DNA of 64,000 bases from a virus. Its lineage: Duplodnaviria; Caudoviricetes. This document shows positions 19,632-27,750 of this stretch, in pieces. Numbering within the stretch: position 1 is the stretch's first letter; every line of letters starts with the position of its first letter. The translations under genes were made by a program, and so were the position numbers. The notes beneath the pieces are model-generated. The model did not search any database and was not told where the DNA came from. It was given only the letters and a program-made list of their open reading frames with translations. Where the stretch lies: IMG/VR virus record IMGVR_UViG_3300032225_000686; one strand, written 5' to 3'.

Positions 19632-19841
19632 ATGACAAGCATGAACTCGTACACGCCCGGACACGGGTACAAAGAAGGCTACAATGATCGCATGAATGGT
19701 CTAGCAGATCGTTCTATCACCCACGCCACCACAGAAGTGTTTTGGATGGAGTACCGTCAGGGGTATATGCAAGCCGAAAGAAATATCATTGAGAAGGCTC
19801 GTCATGAAGTTAATGAGAGCCGTAGATTCTTGTCGGAATGA
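19632..19841 (+). CDS. hypothetical protein
   Basis: AGGAGG RBS; GYKEGY/YRQGY repeats. Confidence 0.55.
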   Translation: MTSMNSYTPGHGYKEGYNDRMNGLADRSITHATTEVFWMEYRQGYMQAERNIIEKARHEVNESRRFLSE

Positions 19842-19848
19842 ATTTTAA

Positions 19849-19937
19849 GGACAGGTGGCAGAGCGGTTTAATGCGGCGGTCTTGAAAACCGCTGAAGGGT
19901 GAATGCCCTTCCGAGGGTTCGAATCCTTCCCTGTCCG
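19849..19937 (+). tRNA. tRNA-Ser(TGA)
   Basis: long variable arm; GCGGT-CTTGAAA-ACCGC. Confidence 0.95.
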
Positions 19938-19942
19938 CTTTA

Positions 19943-20025
19943 GCGTGGGTTCCGGAGTGGTCAAACGGGACAGACTGTAAATCTGTTGGCTTTCGTCTTC
20001 GTAGGTTCGAATCCTACCCCACGCA
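19943..20025 (+). tRNA. tRNA-Tyr(GTA)
   Basis: ACAGA-CTGTAAA-TCTGT; variable arm. Confidence 0.95.
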
Positions 20026-20029
20026 CTTC

Positions 20030-20114
20030 GGGCAGATGGCAGAGTGGTCTAATGCAGCGGTTTACTAAACCGCAGAGGTTAACGCCTCCGAGGGTTCGAA
20101 TCCTTCTCTGCCCG
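20030..20114 (+). tRNA. tRNA-Ser(ACT), atypical anticodon
   Basis: Ser-type body, G73; GCGGT-TTACTAA-ACCGC. Confidence 0.88.
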
Positions 20115-20135
20115 CTTGGAATACTAAATATGAGT

Positions 20136-20498
20136 ATGCACATATCATTCTTCCTACAACTTCAATCTCAAGTAAGAGTTCTTCATTGGCAAACGAAGTC
20201 ATATGAAGAGCATAAGGCTCTAGGTAAATTGTACGATGCCCTTGATCCTCTCGTAGACAAGTTTGTTGAGGTTCATGCGGGGAAGTATGGTAACACTTTG
20301 GGTAATCCTAACTTCTCGTTCAGCGTAAGTAATTACAAGGATTCCAATTCTATGGGAATAGTCCAAATGGCTATTGAGTTCCTTACAAACGAACTACCGA
20401 AGAAGTTAAACCCAAACACAGACACCGATCTTCTCAACATTCGTGACGAGATGGTTGGTGCTCTAAACCGGACAAAATATCTACTCCGTCTAGAATAG
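20136..20498 (+). CDS. ferritin/Dps-like four-helix protein (DUF5856-type)
   Basis: LHWQTKSYEEHKALGKLYD, DKFVE, DLLNIRDEM; late promoter. Confidence 0.8.
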   Translation: MHISFFLQLQSQVRVLHWQTKSYEEHKALGKLYDALDPLVDKFVEVHAGKYGNTLGNPNFSFSVSNYKDSNSMGIVQMAIEFLTNELPKKLNPNTDTDLLNIRDEMVGALNRTKYLLRLE

Positions 20499-20501
20499 TT
20501 G

Positions 20502-20530
20502 TTGACGGCGAGCGGATCGTCGGCTATAAT
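20502..20530 (+). promoter_or_regulatory. sigma70-type promoter for tRNA-Glu
   Basis: TTGACG-N17-TATAAT. Confidence 0.8.
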
Positions 20531-20549
20531 ACTCAAGACAATTTGTAAC

Positions 20550-20622
20550 GGCCCTATCGTCTAGTGGTCTAGGATAGGAGGCTTTCATCCTCTTGACCGG
20601 AGTTCGAATCTCCGTAGGGTCA
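20550..20622 (+). tRNA. tRNA-Glu(TTC)
   Basis: GGAGG-CTTTCAT-CCTCT. Confidence 0.93.
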
Positions 20623-20787
20623 CTCAAAACCTTGATGGGATTGTTAACCCCATCAAAAACTCTGCCTGTCCATCAACCTACCCATCCACTAACGGTGGGA
20701 TAAATAGTGTATGGTGCAGTCAGGGGGCGTAGTTGGATGTTTCTTCTAGATGGCCACTAGAGAGCATCAGGTCTACTGCCTTTCTTT

Positions 20788-20911
20788 GTGGGATGGTTCT
20801 TCGGCAAAAGCAGTAACGCCAATGGTAGGATTGTCGGTGGCATGTGTTGGTTACTGAGTACATGTAAGTAAAACAAAACATCGGCAACGGGTTCGAATCC
20901 CGTATCCCACT
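20788..20911 (+). ncRNA. tRNA-like ncRNA (acceptor stem plus T-arm, expanded interior)
   Basis: GTGGGAT/ATCCCAC stem and ACGGG-TTCGAAT-CCCGT; internal CAGTAAC/GTTACTG helix. Confidence 0.7.
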
Positions 20912-20933
20912 TTCTCATTATGGAGTCTACACT

Positions 20934-21986
20934 ATGAAGATTGAAGAAGACATCAAGTTGGATTTCGCAGATGTGCTGATTCGCCCAAAGCGAAGCAATC
21001 TTGAGAGCCGAAGCAAGGTTGATCTAAACCGCACATTCAAGTTCACTTTGCCTAAAGGCGAAGAGACATGGACAGGCATTCCTCTTGTAGCGGCAAACAT
21101 GGACTCTACGGGAACTATACCTATGGCTAAAGCCTTGTCCAAGTGGGAGGCTATGGGTGCGGTACACAAGCATGTTCCGATTCGTGAGTGGAAGGAAGCC
21201 AACATTCATGATTGGTTGCCCAACGCAATCTCATGCAACATCATCTACACGATGGGTATGGGAGACAGCAGCAGCAACATGAAGGAGATGCTAAAGGCAC
21301 AAGAGGTTCTTGGTATGTACCCACAGATCAAGTTCATCTGTATTGATGTTGCCAACGGATACACGCAGAAGTTCGTAAACTTTGTTAGCAGTATTCGTGG
21401 CTTCTTCCCAAACCATATCATCATTGCAGGTAATGTAGTCACCCGAGAAATGACGGAGGCATTAATTCTCGCAGGAGCCAACATTGTCAAGATTGGTATT
21501 GGACCCGGCTCTGTATGCACCACGCGAAAGGTAGCGGGCGTTGGATATCCGCAACTATCCGCAATCATGGAGTGTGCTGATGCTGCTCACGGTCTTGGTG
21601 GATTTGTGATGGCTGATGGAGGATGCACCTGCCCCGGAGATGTTGCAAAGGCATATGGTGCAGGAGCAGACTTCGTTATGATCGGGGGTATGCTCGCGGG
21701 CGCGGACGAGGCAGCAGGAGAGATCACAGATAACGGTAAGGAGTTCTATGGCATGAGTTCTGCTGATGCTATGCAGAAGTACTCAGGCGGTGTTGCTACT
21801 TACCGTGCATCTGAAGGCAAGAAGGTTTATGTCAAGCCTAGCGGTCCTGCTGATGAAACGATCCAACATATACTTGGTGGAGTTCGTTCTGCTTGCACTT
21901 ATGTTGGTGCAGAGAGACTTAAGGACTTGCCAAAATGCACAACATTTGTGAGGGTTAATCGTCAACTCAACAATATCTTCACCTAA
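20934..21986 (+). CDS. guaC: GMP reductase
   Basis: KLDFADVLIRPKRS, AANMD, IDVANGY, GIGPGSVCTTR, YRASEGK. Confidence 0.95.
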   Translation: MKIEEDIKLDFADVLIRPKRSNLESRSKVDLNRTFKFTLPKGEETWTGIPLVAANMDSTGTIPMAKALSKWEAMGAVHKHVPIREWKEANIHDWLPNAISCNIIYTMGMGDSSSNMKEMLKAQEVLGMYPQIKFICIDVANGYTQKFVNFVSSIRGFFPNHIIIAGNVVTREMTEALILAGANIVKIGIGPGSVCTTRKVAGVGYPQLSAIMECADAAHGLGGFVMADGGCTCPGDVAKAYGAGADFVMIGGMLAGADEAAGEITDNGKEFYGMSSADAMQKYSGGVATYRASEGKKVYVKPSGPADETIQHILGGVRSACTYVGAERLKDLPKCTTFVRVNRQLNNIFT

Positions 21987-22002
21987 CTACTAATGTCACT
22001 AT

Positions 22003-22074
22003 GCGGATGTAACTCAATGGCAGAGTGTTGGCCTTCCATGCCAAATGTTGAGGGTTCGACTCCCTTCATCCGCT
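22003..22074 (+). tRNA. tRNA-Gly(TCC)
   Basis: TTGGC-CTTCCAT-GCCAA; U73. Confidence 0.95.
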
Positions 22075-22077
22075 TTA

Positions 22078-22152
<75 letters not shown>

Positions 22153-22166
22153 TATAGGAGGTTTGT

Positions 22167-22307
22167 ATGGGCGGTAAGCATGATGCAGGTAAAGGAGATC
22201 GTTATCGCAAGGTAGACTACGATTTGTGGTCTAAAAATTGGGATGCGATTTTCAAAAAGAAGACCAAGAAGCGAAAAGTTAAACTTGATCCGAAGCGAAA
22301 GGCGTGA
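22167..22307 (+). CDS. small basic phage protein
   Basis: AGGAGG RBS; hand translation MGGKHDAGKGDRYRKVDYDLWSKNWDAIFKK... Confidence 0.6.
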   Translation: MGGKHDAGKGDRYRKVDYDLWSKNWDAIFKKKTKKRKVKLDPKRKA

Positions 22308-22313
22308 TATACT
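22285..22313 (+). promoter_or_regulatory. sigma70-type promoter
   Basis: TTGATC-N17-TATACT. Confidence 0.6.
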
Positions 22314-22361
22314 AAACACTATATCACAACTAGAGCCACCGAGCAGTATGGTGGGTCGCAT

Positions 22362-22556
22362 TTGGAGAAAGAGATGGTCATTGAAGATTTCGCTACACAC
22401 GCAAACATCGGAGAGTTTGCTCGTAAGACTGCACGGATAGTTGAGTGGGAGAATGAGGGCAAGTTCGGAACGATGCAGGCGTTTGAGGAGATCAAGAAGG
22501 CTTACTTGGCTCTAAAGCAAGCAAACGCAGAGATAAAGGGACTAACAAATGGCTGA
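22362..22556 (+). CDS. hypothetical protein
   Basis: ORF filling the gap. Confidence 0.5.
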   Translation: MEKEMVIEDFATHANIGEFARKTARIVEWENEGKFGTMQAFEEIKKAYLALKQANAEIKGLTNG

Positions 22557-23154
22557 AGAGATGGAGACATACACTAGAGAACTAATCACCGAGATATCAT
22601 TGTCTCGCGTTTTCTCTCATGTCGAGAAGAGACCGTTCGCTATCCTCACAGCGTTTCGTGGTAGCAACTCTTTGCAAATGAACCGAACGCAGAACAAGAA
22701 ACTTGAGAACGACATTCGTGCCGCAGGGTTTGGCTTTGAGAAGGTCGTTGGAACTTATGAAGAGGATCTTGGCGATGGCAAGAAGCGAAGAGTTACCGAA
22801 GAGTCTTTTATGGTTATCGGTGATGATGACTCCGATGCAAAGGTCGGAGCAATCAGGGGCTTTGCCAAGAAGATGGGAACGAAGTATGAGCAGGACGCTA
22901 TCTTCTTCAAGTCTCCCAAGTCTCCACAGGGTTTTGTAATCGGAACCAAGGCAGACGCATGGCCCGGCATGGGCAAGGAAGAGTCTGTTGGTGAGTTCCA
23001 TCCTAATCGTTTGAACGGTATCTACACAGCATTGAAGACCAAGAACAAGGAACCCATCCGTGGTTTTAAGTTTGAAGAGTTTCATCACCCGATGACAGTT
23101 ACACAGATTTGGGTGCGTCATCTCATGAAGAAGAAAGGTATAGACAATGATTAA
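22549..23154 (+). CDS. conserved phage protein (DUF3293-like)
   Basis: ITEISLSR, ILTAFRG, EESFMV, KYEQDAI. Confidence 0.6.
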   Translation: MAEEMETYTRELITEISLSRVFSHVEKRPFAILTAFRGSNSLQMNRTQNKKLENDIRAAGFGFEKVVGTYEEDLGDGKKRRVTEESFMVIGDDDSDAKVGAIRGFAKKMGTKYEQDAIFFKSPKSPQGFVIGTKADAWPGMGKEESVGEFHPNRLNGIYTALKTKNKEPIRGFKFEEFHHPMTVTQIWVRHLMKKKGIDND

Positions 23155-23350
23155 CAAGTTTCGTGAACTACGCCGCCGTCGCAAGCGGAAGTATGAGGCT
23201 CGCAAGTTGAAGAGGCAGGAAGGTCTACTCAACGCAAAGAAGGAAACTCTTCGTAAGTTGGAGGATCATGGTATCCTTCCTGCTTGGATTAAAGAGGAGA
23301 AGTTTGGGCGAGAGCCAACCGCATACGAGAGAGCCAGATACAAGGTTTGA
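23147..23350 (+). CDS. basic hypothetical protein
   Basis: Arg/Lys-rich ORF. Confidence 0.5.
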   Translation: MINKFRELRRRRKRKYEARKLKRQEGLLNAKKETLRKLEDHGILPAWIKEEKFGREPTAYERARYKV

Positions 23351-23392
23351 CCGTAACGGGATAAGTCGTTGGTTCAATTCCAACCTTGGGAG
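23351..23392 (+). pseudogene. 3' half of a tRNA
   Basis: GTTGG-TTCAATT-CCAAC plus CTTGGGAG with no matching 5' strand. Confidence 0.55.
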
Positions 23393-23420
23393 TTGACAAT
23401 ACTTGGTTAGATGCTATACT
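23393..23420 (+). promoter_or_regulatory. sigma70-type promoter for the tRNA-Leu pair
   Basis: TTGACA-N16-TATACT. Confidence 0.8.
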
Positions 23421-23428
23421 ACCTGTAT

Positions 23429-23501
23429 GGGATCGTAGACCAACGGCAGAGTCAGCGGATTTAAAATCCGCAAAGTATGGGTTCGAATCCCATCGGTCCT
23501 A
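23429..23501 (+). tRNA. tRNA with TAA anticodon (Leu) lacking the long variable arm
   Basis: GCGGA-TTTAAAA-TCCGC; 5-nt variable loop. Confidence 0.85.
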
Positions 23502-23505
23502 TAAT

Positions 23506-23591
23506 GCGAGAGTGGTTGGAATTGGCATACACGGCGGATTCAAAATCCGCTGCCCCCCAAAGGCGTGTGGGTTCGAATCCCACCTCTCGCA
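23506..23591 (+). tRNA. tRNA-Leu(CAA)
   Basis: long variable arm; GCGGA-TTCAAAA-TCCGC. Confidence 0.95.
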
Positions 23592-23628
23592 CTTTGTAAA
23601 GATTCAGTTTACTCGTATATCTACTCAC

Positions 23629-23814
23629 ATGGAAACCATCACAACCACATCCCTCATCATCTCTCTACTGTCCGCACTAACAGCAGGTGCTTTCAAGTTG
23701 CACAATTGGTCATACTCTCGCGGGTACGCGCACGGGCAACACGCGGGATTTAGCCAAGGCTTGTGGAAGGCTCATGAACGAAATAACCGAAAGAAGACCT
23801 TGACACAGGTCTGA
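23629..23814 (+). CDS. small membrane-anchored protein
   Basis: hydrophobic N-terminus; GY..G...GF repeat. Confidence 0.5.
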   Translation: METITTTSLIISLLSALTAGAFKLHNWSYSRGYAHGQHAGFSQGLWKAHERNNRKKTLTQV

Positions 23815-23828
23815 CTTCGCGGTATAAT
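23800..23828 (+). promoter_or_regulatory. sigma70-type promoter
   Basis: TTGACA-N17-TATAAT, perfect consensus. Confidence 0.9.
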
Positions 23829-23835
23829 ATTCGTA

Positions 23836-24159
23836 ATGGCAACTCCAATCTACACAATTGGCAAGGAAGAAACCTTCACCACCATTCATCAGAAGTGGGC
23901 GGATGAGTTCATTTCTATGGTGAAGACGAACAAGACTTTGGTGTGTAGGACTTGCAAGCACGAAGTCCCCGCCAAGGGAGATGAAGGAAAAGATGAAACT
24001 TTTTTGTGCTTCCCTTGCTTTCGTGATGAACATAATGGGGAGCCTTCAAAGAACAAGGAATACTTTGACAGCCTGAACAAGCAGGATGCAATAGAGAAGG
24101 TTCGTGAGGCGAAGAGAAAGCCTAGAAAGAAGAAGGTACAGAATGACACTACCATATGA
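23836..24159 (+). CDS. Zn-finger hypothetical protein
   Basis: CRTC...CFPC. Confidence 0.6.
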   Translation: MATPIYTIGKEETFTTIHQKWADEFISMVKTNKTLVCRTCKHEVPAKGDEGKDETFLCFPCFRDEHNGEPSKNKEYFDSLNKQDAIEKVREAKRKPRKKKVQNDTTI

Positions 24160-24670
24160 ATCCTATTGGGCAGTTGTGAGGACTTCAGAGTTTCTCAAGG
24201 AAGTCATGAGCAATACCAAGATGGGCAAGGACGAAATCCGAAAGAAAGCCCGTGCTCTTCTCAAGCATTACCCTTTTGACTTTGATGTTGAACTGTGGGT
24301 TAAGAACAACGAGAAGGTTATGTGCGAGTGGGGTAAGCCCAAGGCAAACGAGAAGGGTTTCATCGCTATCGGTCGGCACGATCCCGTAGAGTATTCCCCC
24401 AAGCATGGAGGTTGGATTTTTTGGGTGGAAACATGGGCAGACTTCAATGGTCCTTTCGTTAGTGAAGAGGCTTGTCAGGCTGCTCTCGTTGAATACTGCA
24501 AGCAACTTGATAGTGGGGAAAAGGCCAGAGAAATGAAGGCAGAGAAGGAAGAAGAGAAGCGAAGAAACGATCTACTGAAGACAAACGCATTCTCTCCTCC
24601 TGAACTGAAGGAAATGGTTGCCAAGGTCAACAAGTCCTTGGCAAAGAAGAAGAAGGCACGGGCTAAATAA
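24143..24670 (+). CDS. hypothetical protein
   Basis: MTLPYE...ARALLKHYP motif. Confidence 0.6.
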   Translation: MTLPYESYWAVVRTSEFLKEVMSNTKMGKDEIRKKARALLKHYPFDFDVELWVKNNEKVMCEWGKPKANEKGFIAIGRHDPVEYSPKHGGWIFWVETWADFNGPFVSEEACQAALVEYCKQLDSGEKAREMKAEKEEEKRRNDLLKTNAFSPPELKEMVAKVNKSLAKKKKARAK

Positions 24671-24676
24671 CAAAGC

Positions 24677-24758
24677 GTCGGTGTGGTGAAATTGGCATAC
24701 ACGAAAGATTTAGGTTCTTTTGCCGCAAGGCGTGTGGGTTCGACTCCCTCCACCGACA
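24677..24758 (+). tRNA. tRNA-Leu(TAG)
   Basis: AAAGA-TTTAGGT-TCTTT; long variable arm. Confidence 0.93.
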
Positions 24759-24763
24759 TTCAC

Positions 24764-24836
24764 AGTCCCTTAACTCAACGGCTAGAGTGCTTCCTTTACA
24801 CGGAAGAAGTTGTAGGTTCGAATCCTATAGGGACTA
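24764..24836 (+). tRNA. tRNA-Val(TAC)
   Basis: CTTCC-TTTACAC-GGAAG. Confidence 0.95.
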
Positions 24837-24838
24837 CT

Positions 24839-24910
24839 GCCACCTTAGCAGAGCGGTAATGCGTCGCTTTTGTAAAGCGAAGATCATGGGTTCGATCCCC
24901 ATAGGTGGCT
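24839..24910 (+). tRNA. tRNA-Thr(TGT)
   Basis: TCGCT-TTTGTAA-AGCGA. Confidence 0.95.
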
Positions 24911-24932
24911 TTAATAGAAATAAATAACCGTA

Positions 24933-25688
24933 ATGAAATACAACTCTGTTTTTATTTCCGACATTCATCTTGGTTCTAAAAAAGCCAAAAGCAAAGCACT
25001 AAATGAATGGTTGAAAGGTAACGAAATGAAAGAATTGTATTTGGTTGGTGACATTATTGATATTTGGAGATTCAAACAAGTGTTCTCCATGTCACATCAA
25101 AAACAAGCATCACACCTTGAAGTGGTTGAACGAATTCTAAAGCACACAAGAAAGGGAACATCTGTCCATTATATTTGGGGGAACCACGACGAGTTCATGC
25201 AGAAGTTTAGTGGTCACAGAATATTCGGAGCAATAAGCCTCCATGAAAGAATGGACTTTGTTTCCAAGAGTGGTAAAAAGTTTCTTGTGTTACACGGACA
25301 TCAATTTGATTTTTTGACTAAGTATCCAATTACATCATGGACTTATAAATTGGGAGATAGATGCTATGAGATTCTTCTCTCTTTCAATGAAGTCTTTAAT
25401 TGGGTCAGAAGAGTAATAGGTATGAGATACTGGAGTATCAGCAAATACATAAAAATCAAAGTAAAGCGAGCAACTCAATTTGTTGAAAGTTTTGAAACTG
25501 TTGTTTGCAGATACGCTAAAGAAAATGGGTATGATGGTGTTATTTGCGGACACCTACATGAACCAAAGGTAAAAACGATAAACGGTATAGTGTACGCTAA
25601 CACAGGTTGTTGGACAGAGAAGGACAATTGCTCCTTCCTGTATGAGGATGAAAATGGAGACTTGCAAATCGGAAACCAAGAAACCTGA
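24933..25688 (+). CDS. LpxH-like metallophosphoesterase (UDP-2,3-diacylglucosamine hydrolase family)
   Basis: SDIHLG, VGDIID, GNHD, HGH, CGHLH. Confidence 0.8.
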   Translation: MKYNSVFISDIHLGSKKAKSKALNEWLKGNEMKELYLVGDIIDIWRFKQVFSMSHQKQASHLEVVERILKHTRKGTSVHYIWGNHDEFMQKFSGHRIFGAISLHERMDFVSKSGKKFLVLHGHQFDFLTKYPITSWTYKLGDRCYEILLSFNEVFNWVRRVIGMRYWSISKYIKIKVKRATQFVESFETVVCRYAKENGYDGVICGHLHEPKVKTINGIVYANTGCWTEKDNCSFLYEDENGDLQIGNQET

Positions 25689-25836
25689 TGATTATTGGAT
25701 TGATTTCACCTTCAACTTTGTTGTTGGATGTTGTGTGTTTGTTTTGTTCATGCTATGCTTGGGTGGTATAGTTGTTGAACACATCAAGGCTAAAATGAAA
25801 AGAAAACAATATGTTAAACCCCTTTGTTCGCAATAG
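25654..25836 (+). CDS. small membrane protein
   Basis: single TM; GAGG RBS. Confidence 0.35.
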   Translation: METCKSETKKPDDYWIDFTFNFVVGCCVFVLFMLCLGGIVVEHIKAKMKRKQYVKPLCSQ

Positions 25837-25868
25837 ACGAGTAAGATACAAAAAGGTAGATCACACTA

Positions 25869-26063
25869 ATGCTTGAGTTTCACAACCCGATACCGGTTGT
25901 CGTAGAAGATGGTAAGGAAGGATATGCCATCTATGTACGAGACTCAGGAACCTTTGAAAACGACATTTGGTGCGTGGTGCATTGCGATTCGGGGATTGTT
26001 CGCCATTACCGATCCGATCAAATCCGCATCCATTTCAACGCAACTTTCAACATCACGAAGTAG
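25869..26063 (+). CDS. small conserved phage protein
   Basis: NPIPV...GYA...ENDIW. Confidence 0.55.
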   Translation: MLEFHNPIPVVVEDGKEGYAIYVRDSGTFENDIWCVVHCDSGIVRHYRSDQIRIHFNATFNITK

Positions 26064-26145
26064 CCATTTTTATAAATACTGGTGTTCTTGGAAGGACAGA
26101 TTTCTAGGAATCTGGCCGTCTAAAAAGGACAGAACGGAGCCGCGT

Positions 26146-26997
26146 ATGCTAAGACCGAGGTGTTTGGTCATGGCGGGCGTTCTAACGCTCGCAACCGTGC
26201 TCACAGCAGGACAAGTATCCTGCCATTCATCAGCAAATTGCGATTGCAATGGCTACAATCAACAGGTGGTAGAGAAAGTGGTGGGTGCTAATGCAGTAGT
26301 CCACTATGGAGGAAGTCCTCTTGGTTCTGGTATTGCATATCGCAAGAATGGTAAGTTGTATGTGCTAACAGCAGCACATGTGATAGAAGACGAACAGGAA
26401 GTAAAGAGTAAGTATTGGTTCTGCCCGCAAAACTTTGTGGAGATAGACGATACACCATCTCTTCAAGTATGCCCTGAAAATAAGCCAAGTCAGGACAAGA
26501 CATGGGGAACCAAGAAGATAGAGGTCACTCTCTTTGCAGGAGAATACGAGTCTCCAATTTCTACAGAGACTTGCAAGTTAGTATTCAACGATCCCGAGTA
26601 TGATCTATCAATACTAGAGGTGGAGCAAGAGAAGCCACTTACTCCACTCGTAAAGGGATGCCTCTTCGATTACAATATCCCGCGCATGGGTGTGCCCGTA
26701 TACATGATGGGCAATCCTGCTGCGGATTACATGACTATCACCCGAGGAATAATCGGCAACAATCATAGGAGCCGTGGATCACTATCTGACCATTTGCCTT
26801 TCTTCTACCAGACAGATGCAGATGGTGCTCCCGGCTCTTCAGGCGGCGGTCTCTATCGTGCGGACACGGGCGCGTGTGTGGGCGTAGTGGTAATGTTGAA
26901 TTGTAGAAATTTCCAAGTCTACTGCGTACCGGCCATGTTCTTGAGAGAGACACTAATCAGGCACAATCAAGTAGATTTGTTGCCACCAAGCACTTGA
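26146..26997 (+). CDS. secreted trypsin-like serine protease
   Basis: signal-like N-terminus; TAAH, DLSIL, PGSSGG triad. Confidence 0.85.
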   Translation: MLRPRCLVMAGVLTLATVLTAGQVSCHSSANCDCNGYNQQVVEKVVGANAVVHYGGSPLGSGIAYRKNGKLYVLTAAHVIEDEQEVKSKYWFCPQNFVEIDDTPSLQVCPENKPSQDKTWGTKKIEVTLFAGEYESPISTETCKLVFNDPEYDLSILEVEQEKPLTPLVKGCLFDYNIPRMGVPVYMMGNPAADYMTITRGIIGNNHRSRGSLSDHLPFFYQTDADGAPGSSGGGLYRADTGACVGVVVMLNCRNFQVYCVPAMFLRETLIRHNQVDLLPPST

Positions 26998-27021
26998 CTT
27001 CACTCGTTACTGTGATATAAT
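26994..27021 (+). promoter_or_regulatory. sigma70-type promoter of the replication operon
   Basis: TTGACT-N16-TATAAT. Confidence 0.85.
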
Positions 27022-27048
27022 CTCTCCAACACCTTTAGGAGGTACACT

Positions 27049-27750
27049 ATGAACATCTCGCAAGACACTATCGCGTTGCTCAAGAATTACGCTGCAATCA
27101 ACAGCAACATCGTGATTCGTTCGGGCAACACTATTCGCACCATCAGTCCATCCAAGAACATCTTCTGTGAGGCTACTGTCTCAGAAGAGTTCCCTATTGA
27201 CTTTGGCATCTACGATCTGAGCAAGTTCCTTGCTACGATCAGCATGTTCAAGGATCCAAACTTTGAGTTTGAGGATACCCATGTGGTCATCTCAAACAAG
27301 GGCAGCAAGTCCAAGGTCAAGTATTACTACTCCGATCCTGAGCAGTTGATGAAGAGCGACAAGAAGTTGAAGATGCCCCCTTCGGTGGTCAACTTCCGCT
27401 TGGATGGTAAGGATCTCGTTGAGTTGCAGAAGGCTTCTGCTGTTCTTGGTTGCCCTGATATGGAACTCTCTCGCAAGGGTGACCGTCTTGAACTACGAGT
27501 CCTTGACCGCAAGGATCCAACAAGCCACAACTATGCTATGGATGTTGGTGATACCGACACAGATGCAGACTTCAAGTTCCTGTTCAAGGTTGATGCTCTT
27601 CGCATGATCCCCGGCAACTACGATGTCATGATAAGTGACAAGAATGTTGCGGAGTTCCGTAGCGAAGACGGCAACAAGGTGTATTGGATTTCGCTTGAGA
27701 GCGACAGCACCTACAAGGCAGGAAAGAAGTCTCATGCTACCATTGGTTGA
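27049..27750 (+). CDS. gp45: sliding clamp
   Basis: LKNYAAINSNI, FGIYDLSKFL, YWISLESDS. Confidence 0.93.
   Translation: MNISQDTIALLKNYAAINSNIVIRSGNTIRTISPSKNIFCEATVSEEFPIDFGIYDLSKFLATISMFKDPNFEFEDTHVVISNKGSKSKVKYYYSDPEQLMKSDKKLKMPPSVVNFRLDGKDLVELQKASAVLGCPDMELSRKGDRLELRVLDRKDPTSHNYAMDVGDTDTDADFKFLFKVDALRMIPGNYDVMISDKNVAEFRSEDGNKVYWISLESDSTYKAGKKSHATIG

Noticed and set aside
20788-20911. tmRNA call
   Set aside because: Too short, no G3:U70, no tag reading frame.
23429-23501. Possible ochre suppressor (TTA) and stop-codon recoding
   Set aside because: The 7-nt loop register gives TAA; core genes are intact in code 11 and end in all three stop codons.
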